A DNA stretch of 64,000 bases. Origin: Candidatus Krumholzibacteriia bacterium (GTDB lineage: Bacteria; Krumholzibacteriota; Krumholzibacteriia; JAJRXK01). Numbering within the stretch: the first letter of the stretch is position 1; each line of letters opens with the position of its first letter. Positions 51,601-60,213 of the stretch are shown piece by piece. Under the pieces are notes generated by a model. That model ran no database searches. It saw only the letters and a program-made list of their open reading frames with translations, and was not told the DNA's origin. Both the position numbers and the translations under genes were made by a program. The DNA is taken from the NCBI GenBank assembly GCA_041484665.1, contig JBGPIA010000005.1, positions 64,001 to 128,000 of the forward strand. The letters run 5' to 3'.

Positions 51601-52134
51601 ACGACCTCCTTCCTGGAGTACCGCCGCTACGTGCATGCCTGGTATCGCAACAGCTTCGCCTTCCGCCTGGTGGGGGCGACCAGCCGCGGCCCCGATCCGC
51701 GCCGCTTCACCGTCGGCGGGCCGTCCACGCTGCGCGGCTTCGACGTGTTCGACTTCGAGTCGACGGTGCCGGGCACCAAAACCCCGCGGTACGCCAACCT
51801 CCTCGGGCGCAACCTGATGCTGATGAACCTCGAGTACCGGTTCCCCCTGGTGGACTACCTGGTGTTCGGCTGGCCGGGGCGCTTCGGCTTCTCCGGGATC
51901 GGGGCCACGGTGTTCTTCGACAGCGGCAGCGCCTTCGACCAGGAGTTCAACCAGTTCCGGTTCTTCACCAGGGACGGCGGATCCACGCGGCTGGCCGACT
52001 TGAACGCCGACTTCGGCTTTGGTATAAGGGCCAACGTGGCGTGGATCCCCGTGCGGTTCGACTGGGGCTGGAAGACCGACTTCGCGTCGACCGGCAAGCC
52101 GCAATTCCACTTCTCGATCGGCCCCGAGTTCTAG
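48610..52134 (+). CDS. Omp85-family protein: N-terminal HExxH peptidase-like domain, PD40/TolB-like beta-propeller, Pro/Ala/Thr linker, C-terminal barrel
   Basis: Signal peptide; QSFGRNKVQY; HELVH...WFAEGAAE; repeated P-x-W/L-SP-x-G propeller motifs; GGPSTLRGF; C-terminal FHFSIGPEF. Confidence 0.85.
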   Translation: MTSPRSSPRWRFAALAVAAASLLVAASPRAPWAQSFGRNKVQYQNFDWRVLSTPHFEIFFYDEAVAAHAALIAEDAYVRLSKVFHHQLSSQIPFILYASPNDFQQTNISDELIGEATGGFSEPARNRMVLPYPGDNPTFLHVINHELVHVFMFDIAYHSTAKGAARRALFPIPLWFAEGAAEWFSSGWDKQADMWIRDATVYDWLAPLPYVGGGFQVYKEGQAAMRYLAKTYGDEKVVELFKNVGRTRDLGKALETTIGLDEQAYSERWVKAMKQEYWPLYANKQEPETVGRRLTDHEKERAYFNQHPCLSPDGRYVAFFSDRSGLVDLFLMNAADGTLVRKLITGYKSNRFLSLHSFESSIGFSGSGDRICFIAKSGPRETLYVVRVDNGKVVKSIPLGMDMARSPAWSPAADLVVLSGTRSGRTDLYLIDLHSGKIDRLTDDAADELSPAWYPSGDRVLYSAYPGATADVRFSRDEHGITRLEPVDFASDKNVERDGHSYDLWSIDLLARKPELVVASAGDDTDPVVVDDSTIVFVSDASGVSNLYFHDLKTRKTHRFSDVLGGLFHPTVSASADRLIFTAFNQGGFDLFLMENFRAYAQEHPFADPIDPKVLAIASAAAAPDSSDRVLALLTPRTSAQLPVTDEAGPAQAGPASGAGPGQTSGATIGAPTGSAAPTETGSAPTATTDTAPPAEAQTAPPAAAGVPAALPPGTPAASPTGGAAPAGTATPAQPATGAATTAKTAEPPGPSAGASPDAAGNGPASGTEVGVPGGPPELAPAGVLPPQEKSTPVRRPIGSVERYSPRFSLDPIGGGGFGGVYYSSSLGFAVANVISFSDLLGNHRMQFLVNFYGSFKDSDLAASYYYLKRRVNYGLGVFHYRNYINSNFTSLGEVFEGPRLFSERNYGIFGLASMPFTQFDRVDLEMQWYTSDRTFYAIDDAGFAISTGSSTAQLVQPSLSFVHDTAFYGPHGPVTGTRWLVSFSPALPISDSSVKRTTSFLEYRRYVHAWYRNSFAFRLVGATSRGPDPRRFTVGGPSTLRGFDVFDFESTVPGTKTPRYANLLGRNLMLMNLEYRFPLVDYLVFGWPGRFGFSGIGATVFFDSGSAFDQEFNQFRFFTRDGGSTRLADLNADFGFGIRANVAWIPVRFDWGWKTDFASTGKPQFHFSIGPEF

Positions 52135-52163
52135 ACCGCTCCCAAGGCCTCCGGCACCAGCGC

Positions 52164-54479
52164 ATGCTCGACCAGCTCAACCCGCAACAGCGGGAGGCCG
52201 TGCTCTGCACCGACGGCCCGCTGCTGCTCATCGCCGGAGCCGGGACCGGCAAGACGCGGGTGCTCACCACGCGCATCGCCTGGCTCGTGCTCGAGCAGGG
52301 CGTGCCGTCCCACCAGGTGCTGGCCTTCACCTTCACGAACAAGGCCGCGCGCGAGATGCGCGAGCGCGTGGCGCGATTCGTGCCCGAGGCCGCCTCCGCG
52401 GTCTGGCTCGGGACGTTCCATGCGACCGGCGCCCGTATCCTGCGCCAGCACGCCCCCGCCCTGGGCTATCCCCGCGGCTTCACCATCTACGACACCGATG
52501 ACACGCGGGCGCTGCTGCGGGAGATCCTCGAGGAAGTGAAAGCCGATCCGCGGACGCTCCCACCGCGCGCGGCGGCGGCCGCCATCAGTCGCCTGAAGAA
52601 CGGCACGATCTCGCCGGCGCAGGCGCAGGCGATGGCACTCACGCCCCCCGACCGCAAACTGGCCGATGTCTACGCCCTGTACGAGCGGCGGCTGCGCGCG
52701 TGCGCGGCCATGGACTTCGACGACCTGATCGGCAAGACGGTCGAGCTGCTGGAGACGCGCGCCGAGGTGCTGGCGACTTACGCCGGCCGATTCCGCTACG
52801 TGCTGGTGGACGAGTTCCAGGACACCAATCCACTGCAGCTGGTCCTGATCAAGGCCTTGAGCAGCGTCTACGGCAATCTGTTCGCCGTCGGCGACGACGA
52901 CCAGTCGATCTACTCGTGGCGCGGAGCCACCATCGACAACATGATGCGCTTCGAGGAGTACTTCCCCGGCGCGCGCGTGATGCGCCTCGAACGCAACTAC
53001 CGTTCGACAGCCGTGATTCTGCAGGCGGCCAACCATGTGATCGCCCACAACCGCCGCCGCCGTGGCAAGAACCTCTGGTGCGACGTGCCGGGAGGCGAGC
53101 TGCTCGAGCTGTGGCACGCCTCCGGCGACGAGGAGGAGGGACAGATCGTCCTGCGCCGGCTGGAGGAGCTGCTGGCCGCCGGCGAATGCGCCCGCAAGGA
53201 TGCGGTGGTTCTCTACCGCACCAACGCCCAGAGCCGCATTCTGGAGGACGCGCTGCGCCGCGCCAGCGTCCCGTACCAGATCGTGGGCGGCGTGCGCTTC
53301 TACGAGCGGCGCGAGGTGCGCGACGTGCTCGCGTACTGCAAGTTGATCGGCAACTCCGCCGACGCGGTAAGTTTCGCGCGCGTGGTCAACGTGCCCCGCC
53401 GCGGGATCGGTAAGACCACCGTCGACCGCCTGGAGGCGGCCGCCCGCGCGGCGGACGTCGGCCCGTTGGCGATGCTCGCCGACCCCGGCGCGGTGGCGCA
53501 GCTGTGCGGCCGCCGCGCCGCCGCTCGCCTGCTGGAGTTCGCGGCGCTGCTGGGGAGACTGCGGGCCTTGGCCGAGGAGGCGGACGCGGCGGCCGTGCTG
53601 GAGCAGCTGCTGGTGGAGACCGGCTATCGAAAGCACCTGACCGACGACGATCCGGCGACCGCGCCCGAGCGCCTGGAGAACGTCGACGAGCTGCTGAATG
53701 CCGCCCACGCCTTTGCCAGCGAGAGCGACGCAGGGCTGCTGGCCGATTTCCTCGAGCAGATCACGCTGCTCTCCGAGGTCGATCAGCTCGACGAGGCCGG
53801 CGATCAGGTCACGCTCATGACCATGCACAATGCCAAGGGGTTGGAGTTCCCCGTGGTATTCGTGGCGGGCTGCGAGGAGGAGCTGCTCCCACACGCCAGC
53901 AGCATGGGCGACGACGCGCGGCTGGAGGAGGAGCGCCGGCTGTTCTACGTGGCGCTGACGCGGGCGAAGCGCCGCATCGTGCTCACGGCCGCGCGCGTCC
54001 GGCGGCGGTTCGGGGTGGTGGAGGGGACCTTGCCCAGCCGTTTCCTGGCGGAGCTACCCGGCGAATGCGTGATCGAGCTGGGCGAGGTCGAGGCAGCGGC
54101 GCCGGGCACGCTTGCGGGCGCCTGCGGCTTCGAGCGCACCGCGTCTGCCGGGGCGGGGGCCGACCTGTTCAGCGTGGATACCTTTCGCCGCAGCCAGGCG
54201 CGCCTGCGCGGCGGACGGCCCGGTGGGCGGACCGGCAGACGTGCCGGGCTCGGGGACCGGACCGTCACGGGCCATGGATTTCACGACCACGAGCTGAGCC
54301 AGGAGGAAGTGCGCTTCGCGCCCGGCATGCGCGTGCGGCACGCGCTGCTGGGGGAGGGAACCGTGGAGCTGGTCGAGGGTTCCGGCGAGCTGACCAAGCT
54401 CACGATCTCCTTCGGCGAGGCGGGGCGCAAGAGGCTGCTGGCCGCCTACGCCAGCTTGTCGATCCTCGAGGCGCCCTGA
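52164..54479 (+). CDS. pcrA: UvrD/PcrA superfamily 1 DNA helicase
   Basis: LNPQQREAV, AGAGTGKT, VDEFQDTN, VGDDDQSIYSWRGA, NYRS, HNAKGLEF, EERRLFYVALTRA, C-terminal Tudor-like domain. Confidence 0.95.
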   Translation: MLDQLNPQQREAVLCTDGPLLLIAGAGTGKTRVLTTRIAWLVLEQGVPSHQVLAFTFTNKAAREMRERVARFVPEAASAVWLGTFHATGARILRQHAPALGYPRGFTIYDTDDTRALLREILEEVKADPRTLPPRAAAAAISRLKNGTISPAQAQAMALTPPDRKLADVYALYERRLRACAAMDFDDLIGKTVELLETRAEVLATYAGRFRYVLVDEFQDTNPLQLVLIKALSSVYGNLFAVGDDDQSIYSWRGATIDNMMRFEEYFPGARVMRLERNYRSTAVILQAANHVIAHNRRRRGKNLWCDVPGGELLELWHASGDEEEGQIVLRRLEELLAAGECARKDAVVLYRTNAQSRILEDALRRASVPYQIVGGVRFYERREVRDVLAYCKLIGNSADAVSFARVVNVPRRGIGKTTVDRLEAAARAADVGPLAMLADPGAVAQLCGRRAAARLLEFAALLGRLRALAEEADAAAVLEQLLVETGYRKHLTDDDPATAPERLENVDELLNAAHAFASESDAGLLADFLEQITLLSEVDQLDEAGDQVTLMTMHNAKGLEFPVVFVAGCEEELLPHASSMGDDARLEEERRLFYVALTRAKRRIVLTAARVRRRFGVVEGTLPSRFLAELPGECVIELGEVEAAAPGTLAGACGFERTASAGAGADLFSVDTFRRSQARLRGGRPGGRTGRRAGLGDRTVTGHGFHDHELSQEEVRFAPGMRVRHALLGEGTVELVEGSGELTKLTISFGEAGRKRLLAAYASLSILEAP

Positions 54480-54521
54480 TCCTCCCCGCTGCTGCCGAAG
54501 TCCCCCCGAGCGCCGCGCGGG

Positions 54522-56669
54522 TCAGCGCACCAGCGTCACCTGGATCGCCCGCGTGGCTCCCCCCGGGGCCACGATCCGTACGGAGTAGACCCCGCTGCCT
54601 GCGGGCCGGCCCTGCGCGTCGTTTCCATTCCATTGCACATTGGCGGTCGTGCGCGGCGCAACGAGCCTGTTGAAGAGCGTCACCACGCGGCGGCCGCGGA
54701 CGTCGTACACGGTCGCCGCGAGCGTACCGCCGTCGCGCACGAATACCGGGACCGTCACCTCGCCGTTGAACGGGTTGGGGAAGGCAGGCGAGACGCGCAC
54801 CACGGGCGGCGTGCTCTCGTGCGTGTCCAACAGCCATTCCTGGTTCGGGTCCACCGCGAGGGCCACGACCAGATCCGGGATCGCCACGCTGAGCTCGGTG
54901 CGCTCGCCGTCGACCCACTGCATGGTGTCCAGCGGCGCCGCCGAGGCGAAGCTCAATCGCAGCGGCAGCGGCAGGCGGTAGACGTTGCCGGCGGGCTGCA
55001 CGACGGTGAGGTGCATCAGACCGCGCTCCTGGGTCCACGCCACGTCCAGCCTCGGCCGCCCCTCCCGCGTGAGCCAGGGGGTGAAGAACCAGCCCAGATC
55101 GGCGCGGTAGACGGTCTCGCAGTGCGTCTGGAAGTCGGCGGAGGTGACCGCGTGGAACCGCAGCGCCGGATCGGTCACGTACTCGCTCATTGCCTGCAGC
55201 AGCCCAGCGCGCCCCATGACCCGGCGCAGCATGTTCATCACGAACGCGCCCTTGAAATAGACCGTCGTCCCGAACAGCTGGAGTGGGTCCAGCAGCGTCC
55301 CCGGATAGCTGTCGCGCCGCTTGTCCTCTAGGTGCGTGTGCGCGGCCTGCGCGCCGTGCTTCTCCTCGAGCCAGAGCACTTCGCAGTAGCTGGCGAAGGC
55401 CTCGTTGAGCCAGATCTCGCCCCAGCGTGAAAGGCGCACGCAATCGCCGAACCACTGGTGCGACAGCTCGTGGGCCACCGCCCACTCCCACAGCGTGCCG
55501 TCGGCGGCGACGGTGGAGGCACCCATACTCGACAAGGTCGGGTGCTCCATGCCGCCGGCAAAGGAGAACAGCGCCATCCCGTACTTGAGGTCGGCGAAGG
55601 GGTAGGGGCCGAACAGTCGCTCGAAGGTGTCGATCATCTCGACGGTGTTGGCCCAGGTCGCGCGCGACTCCTGCTCGAGGAAGGTGACCGTGTAGTACTG
55701 CACCGGCATGTCCACGGGCGCGAGCGTCGGCCACCGGTGCACGTGGGCCGTCTCGGTCCACTGCACGTACCCGGCCATGGCCACCGAAACCAGGTAGGCC
55801 GGGATGGCCACGGGCATCTGCCAGGTCTGCCGGCGCAGCCCGCCTGCGAGCAGCACGTCCTGCGTCTTGAGGCCGGCGGAGCCCAGGACCAGGGGGTCCG
55901 GTGCCGTCACGGAGAGCGTCACCGGGGCGGCGTCGTATGGGGTGTCGTGGCAAGGCCACCAACTGCGGGCGCCATCGGGCTCGCTGAGCGTCGCGATGAC
56001 CTTGGCCTGCGTGGTCCCGGTCAGGTCCGAGACGGCGCGGACGTCGTATCCAAACCCGATGGGGCCGCCCCGCACCGGTGTGCCCGAGTACTGCACGGTA
56101 ACCGTGATCGTGTCGCCGGGGGCGATGGGCGAGGCCAGGTCCACCGTGAGGGTGTCGGCCGCGTGCTGAAAGGGGCGATCCACGCCATCCACCGCCGTGC
56201 TTGCCACCGTCAGCCCCTGGCTGAACAGATCGAGCTGGACGCGGCCGATCGGTTGCAGCGGGGTCAGCGTCACGCCAACCGTGCCCCGGAGGAACTTGGT
56301 GGTGTCGCTCAGCTGCAGGTCGAGGTCGTAGTGCGTCACGTCGATGGGGCGGTCGGTGCGCTCGCGGGGCGTGTCCGCCGCCCGCACCGGCTGAGCCGGC
56401 TCCCACGCCGCCGCCTGGTCCTTGAGCAGCAGCTCGGCGCGGCGTTGCCCGGGGGTCAGCGGCGCCGCAACCGGGATCGTCGTCGGCCGGGGGCCGCCGG
56501 TGGGGGCGGACTGCTCGGAAGTCGCTCGGAGCCGGTCGGCAACAGCCGGGGCGCGCGCGGCGCCCAGCGCCAAAGCCGCCGCCACCCACGCGCAGGTTGC
56601 CGCGGCTCGCGCGCGGCGGCATATTCCCCCTGCGGAGTGCAACTTCTTGGCGCGCAGGATCGAATTCAC
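54522..56669 (-). CDS. Secreted M1 family aminopeptidase with C-terminal FlgD-Ig/T9SS-type-A-like domain (start uncertain)
   Basis: DVTHYDLDL, GARSWWPCHD, GGMEH, HELSHQWFG...WLNEAFA, VYFKGA; tail FPNPFN...YDVRGRRV...WNGNDAQGRPAGSGVY. Confidence 0.9.
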   Translation of the reverse strand: MNSILRAKKLHSAGGICRRARAAATCAWVAAALALGAARAPAVADRLRATSEQSAPTGGPRPTTIPVAAPLTPGQRRAELLLKDQAAAWEPAQPVRAADTPRERTDRPIDVTHYDLDLQLSDTTKFLRGTVGVTLTPLQPIGRVQLDLFSQGLTVASTAVDGVDRPFQHAADTLTVDLASPIAPGDTITVTVQYSGTPVRGGPIGFGYDVRAVSDLTGTTQAKVIATLSEPDGARSWWPCHDTPYDAAPVTLSVTAPDPLVLGSAGLKTQDVLLAGGLRRQTWQMPVAIPAYLVSVAMAGYVQWTETAHVHRWPTLAPVDMPVQYYTVTFLEQESRATWANTVEMIDTFERLFGPYPFADLKYGMALFSFAGGMEHPTLSSMGASTVAADGTLWEWAVAHELSHQWFGDCVRLSRWGEIWLNEAFASYCEVLWLEEKHGAQAAHTHLEDKRRDSYPGTLLDPLQLFGTTVYFKGAFVMNMLRRVMGRAGLLQAMSEYVTDPALRFHAVTSADFQTHCETVYRADLGWFFTPWLTREGRPRLDVAWTQERGLMHLTVVQPAGNVYRLPLPLRLSFASAAPLDTMQWVDGERTELSVAIPDLVVALAVDPNQEWLLDTHESTPPVVRVSPAFPNPFNGEVTVPVFVRDGGTLAATVYDVRGRRVVTLFNRLVAPRTTANVQWNGNDAQGRPAGSGVYSVRIVAPGGATRAIQVTLVR

Positions 56670-56736
56670 AAGCCGGAGCTCTGGAGAGGGGGCGGTTGGT
56701 CGGAAGCTTCGCCCGCTTCCCCTCCGACGATACGAG

Positions 56737-58269
56737 ATGACCCGCTCACGCACAATCCTGCGCGCACGCTCCGCGCCGGCGCTGGCGGCCGCGCTGGCGC
56801 TGCTGGTGACGCCTGTCGCGCTCGCGGAGGTGACCGGCGAGCCGCCGCTGATGGCGACGGGGCGGTTCCTGGCCCCGGCCGACAGCCTGGGCTTCACCGA
56901 CTACCCAAAGCTGCCGCCGCAGGACCAGCTGGCGCGCCGCGAGCAGGCCAAGGAATGGGTGCACAAGGGGGAGAAGAAGGAGGCGGTCCTCGCCCAGCAC
57001 GACTTCGCCACCGCGGCCGGGCTGTGCCCTTACCTGGGGGAGGCGTGGCTCGCCTACGCGGAGAGCCAACAGCAGCTGGGCAATTACGAGGCTGCCAGCC
57101 GCTGCCTGAACTTCGCCGGCCAGACGCTGCACTACGAGCCCAACGAGAAACGACGCCAGGAGCAGCAGGCGCGTTACCAGCGGCTGTCCGCCATCACCGC
57201 GTACAACCTCGGCGACAGCGAGGGGAGCCTGGCGCACGCGCAGGAGGTGCTGCGCGACGCGCCTGGGGATGCCGAGATGCTCTTGCTGTCGGCCCGAGCG
57301 CTGGTCGCCCTGCGCCGCCACGACGAGGCGCGCGGGGCGCTCGCCCGGATCGACCCCAGCGGGATCTGGTACGCCCGTGCGCTCGCGGTACGCGGACTGC
57401 TCGAGATGAACGAGGGACGGCTGGCCCAGGCGGAGGAGACGTTCCGCAAGGCCGACGAGCATGGGATGCGCGGCCCGATCTTCGAGAACGACCGCGGTCG
57501 GCTCATGCTGGAGATGAAGCGGCCGCAGGAAGCGGCCGAGCGCTTCCGGGCAGCCGTGACGGAGCAGCCGACCTTCATGGAGGCGCGCAACAACCTGGCG
57601 GTCGCGCAGCGGCGCGCAGGCGACCTGGACGCGGCGCAGGCCACGCTGATGGAGGCGATGGAGCTCAATCCCGGCTACGGAGCGGCCCACTTCAACCTGG
57701 CCGAGCTCTGCCGCGAACGACTGCCGAACGCCGCCGCCGCCGATCGCGCCGCTCTGACGCAGCAGGCGCTCGCGCACTACCAGAAGGCACTCGATCTGGG
57801 CTACAAGGAGGACGTCGTGCTCGAGCGCGGCTCGAGCATGGCGCTGTTGTCCGGCGACCTCGCCACCGCGGAACGGATGCTGCTGAAGCGCACCGAGAAG
57901 CCCGACGCAACCGGGCAGGTGTACTACCTGCTGGGTCGCGTGAAGAAGCAGCAGGGGCAGCTGCAGATCGCCCAGCGCTTGTACCAGATGGCGCTGGACC
58001 GCGGCTATGGCGAAGCGGTCGTCCACAGCGACCTGGGCGAAGTCATGCTGCGCCAGAACGACCTCGCAGGCGCCCGCTTGGAGTTCGAGCGGGCGCTGGC
58101 CATCAATTCCAATCTGGTGGTCACCCGCGTCAATCTCTGCGTGGCGCTCCGCACTCTCGGAGAGCTGCAGCGCGCCGACGAGGTGCTGCGGCGCGCCGAG
58201 CAGCTCGCCCCCAACGACCACGATGTCCAGCAGCAACGCGCCGAACTGCGTAAGCAGGGAGTGCACTGA
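56737..58269 (+). CDS. Exported tetratricopeptide repeat protein
   Basis: Signal peptide ending ALA; multiple TPR motifs (ARNNLAV, AHFNLAE, YYLLGRV, VHSDLGE, TRVNLCV). Confidence 0.85.
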   Translation: MTRSRTILRARSAPALAAALALLVTPVALAEVTGEPPLMATGRFLAPADSLGFTDYPKLPPQDQLARREQAKEWVHKGEKKEAVLAQHDFATAAGLCPYLGEAWLAYAESQQQLGNYEAASRCLNFAGQTLHYEPNEKRRQEQQARYQRLSAITAYNLGDSEGSLAHAQEVLRDAPGDAEMLLLSARALVALRRHDEARGALARIDPSGIWYARALAVRGLLEMNEGRLAQAEETFRKADEHGMRGPIFENDRGRLMLEMKRPQEAAERFRAAVTEQPTFMEARNNLAVAQRRAGDLDAAQATLMEAMELNPGYGAAHFNLAELCRERLPNAAAADRAALTQQALAHYQKALDLGYKEDVVLERGSSMALLSGDLATAERMLLKRTEKPDATGQVYYLLGRVKKQQGQLQIAQRLYQMALDRGYGEAVVHSDLGEVMLRQNDLAGARLEFERALAINSNLVVTRVNLCVALRTLGELQRADEVLRRAEQLAPNDHDVQQQRAELRKQGVH

Positions 58270-58347
58270 GCGCGCAGCTGTGGCGGGACCGCGGCTGGCC
58301 GCGCAGCCGTCGCGGGACTGGTGGGGACCACGGGGCGGGGTTGCGCC

Positions 58348-58377
58348 TTGTGCCCGCGCGCCCCAGCGTCCTAAACT
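58348..58377 (+). promoter_or_regulatory. Possible promoter of gatCAB
   Basis: TTGTGC-18 bp-TAAACT at the start of an AT-richer leader. Confidence 0.4.
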
Positions 58378-58450
58378 CACCTGTTATACGCGGACTCACG
58401 TTCTCCAAGTGGCTCATCTCGAATCCGATTTTCGCAAGAAGGAGGCCTAC

Positions 58451-58744
58451 GTGCCCATCGACGACCGCGTGATCGGCGACCTGCAGTCGCTCGGCGCCTT
58501 GCGCCTGGACCCCCAGGAGCGCCGCACGCTGATGGCCAATCTGGAGCGTGTGCTGGGCTACGTCGACCAACTCCGCGCAGTGGACACCGAGGGGGTGGAG
58601 CCCACCAGCAGCGTGATCGAGGTGGGCAACGTTCTGCGCGAAGACGAGCCCCATGCCTGCTTGCCCGTGGAACAGGCCCTCGCTCAGGCGCCCGCACGCC
58701 GTGGGGACCACTTCGAGGTCCCCGTCGTGCTCGGCGAGGAGTGA
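58451..58744 (+). CDS. gatC: Asp/Glu-tRNA amidotransferase subunit C
   Basis: YVDQLRAVDTEGVEPT, LREDEP, FEVPVVL; GTG after AAGGAGG. Confidence 0.94.
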   Translation: MPIDDRVIGDLQSLGALRLDPQERRTLMANLERVLGYVDQLRAVDTEGVEPTSSVIEVGNVLREDEPHACLPVEQALAQAPARRGDHFEVPVVLGEE

Positions 58745-60213
58745 GCACCACCATGGGTCTGCACCGTCTCAGCGTCGAAGAGCTGCAAGCAGCCCTGCGG
58801 TCCGGGGAGTGCACGCCAGCCGAGATCTACGCCAGCTGCCGCGCGGCCGCTGATTCCGCGCAGCCGCACATCCGGGCGTTCAACCGTTTCGAGGACGGGC
58901 CGCCGCCTCCGCGCGGCGACGCCGGTAGCGCGCCCCTGCATGGCATCCCGTACGCCAGCAAGGAGAACATCGCCGTCGCCGGGCGCCCGCTCACGTGCAA
59001 CAGCCGCATCCTGGCCAACTACCGCCCACCCTACGACGCCACCGTCACCGAGCGCCTGCGCGCCGCGGGGGCGATGCTGCTGGGCCAGACGAACATGGAC
59101 GAGTTCGCCATGGGCAGCAGCACGGAGAACTCGGCGACCGGGCCCACGCAGAATCCCTGGGATCTCGCGCGCACGCCCGGCGGGAGCTCGGGCGGCTCGG
59201 CGGCGGCGGTCGCCGCCGACGCGGTTCCCTTCGCGCTGGGCAGTGACACGGGCGGCTCGATCCGCCAGCCCGCGGGCTGCTGCGGTGTGGTGGGGCTCAA
59301 GCCGACCTACGGGCGCGTGTCCCGGTGGGGATTGGTGGCGTTCGCCAGCAGCCTCGACCAGATCGGGCCGATCACGCGCACCGTGCGCGACGCGGCGTTG
59401 GTCTACCGCGAGCTGGCCGGTCACGATCCCCGCGACTCGACCTGCCTGCCAGCCCCGGTGGAGGATCCCCTGGCCGGGATCGAGCAGGGGCCCCGCGGCC
59501 TGACGCTGGGCGTGCCGCGCGCACTGCTGAAGGAGGGCCTCGACCGGGAGGTCGCCGCAAATCTGGACGAGGTGCTCGCGCGCCTGGCGCGCGAAGGCGC
59601 GAGCTTGATCGAGGTCGATCTTCCCATGATGCGCTACGCCATCGCCACCTACTACATCCTCGCCACCGCCGAGGCGTCCAGCAACCTCGCGCGCTACGAC
59701 GGAGTGCGCTACGGCGTGCGCGCGCAGGCGTCCGACCTCGACGAGATGTACCGTGCCTCGCGCACGCGCGGCTTCGGCCGAGAGGTGACGCTGCGCATCC
59801 TGCTGGGCACCTACGTGCTGTCCGCGGGCTACTACGACGCCTACTACCGCAAGGCCAGTCAGGTGCGCACGCTCATGCGCCGCGAGGTCGTCGCTGCCCT
59901 GTCGCGTTGCGACGCCATCGTGCTGCCCACGTCGCCGACGCCCGCGTTCAAGCTGGGAGAGCGCGTGGACGATCCGCTGCAGATGTATCTCAGCGACGTC
60001 TTCACCGTATCGGCCAACCTGACCGGCATCCCCGCCATCGCCGTGCCCAGCGGCCTTACCCGCGCCGGGCTGCCGCTGTCGCTGCAACTCATGGGGCGCC
60101 CATTGCAGGAGTCGCTGCTGCTGCGCGCGGCCAGGGCACTGGAGCAGGTGTGCGGGTTCGCGGCGCTGCGCAAGGCTCGCCAGCCTCTGCCCGGCGAGGG
60201 GGTGCCGGCATGA
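58741..60213 (+). CDS. gatA: Asp/Glu-tRNA amidotransferase subunit A
   Basis: TNMDEFAMGSSTENS, PGGSSGGSAAAV, GSDTGGSIRQPA, SSNLARYDGVRYG. Confidence 0.97.
   Translation: MSTTMGLHRLSVEELQAALRSGECTPAEIYASCRAAADSAQPHIRAFNRFEDGPPPPRGDAGSAPLHGIPYASKENIAVAGRPLTCNSRILANYRPPYDATVTERLRAAGAMLLGQTNMDEFAMGSSTENSATGPTQNPWDLARTPGGSSGGSAAAVAADAVPFALGSDTGGSIRQPAGCCGVVGLKPTYGRVSRWGLVAFASSLDQIGPITRTVRDAALVYRELAGHDPRDSTCLPAPVEDPLAGIEQGPRGLTLGVPRALLKEGLDREVAANLDEVLARLAREGASLIEVDLPMMRYAIATYYILATAEASSNLARYDGVRYGVRAQASDLDEMYRASRTRGFGREVTLRILLGTYVLSAGYYDAYYRKASQVRTLMRREVVAALSRCDAIVLPTSPTPAFKLGERVDDPLQMYLSDVFTVSANLTGIPAIAVPSGLTRAGLPLSLQLMGRPLQESLLLRAARALEQVCGFAALRKARQPLPGEGVPA

Noticed and set aside
58270..58372. 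Possible degenerate relic of the hairpin family before gatC (gtcgcgggactgg, ccacggggc, cccagcgtcct), and a 13-bp match at 3116-3128 to copy E
   Set aside because: Matches are short, GC-rich and lack the paired-arm arrangement; cannot be distinguished from chance by eye.
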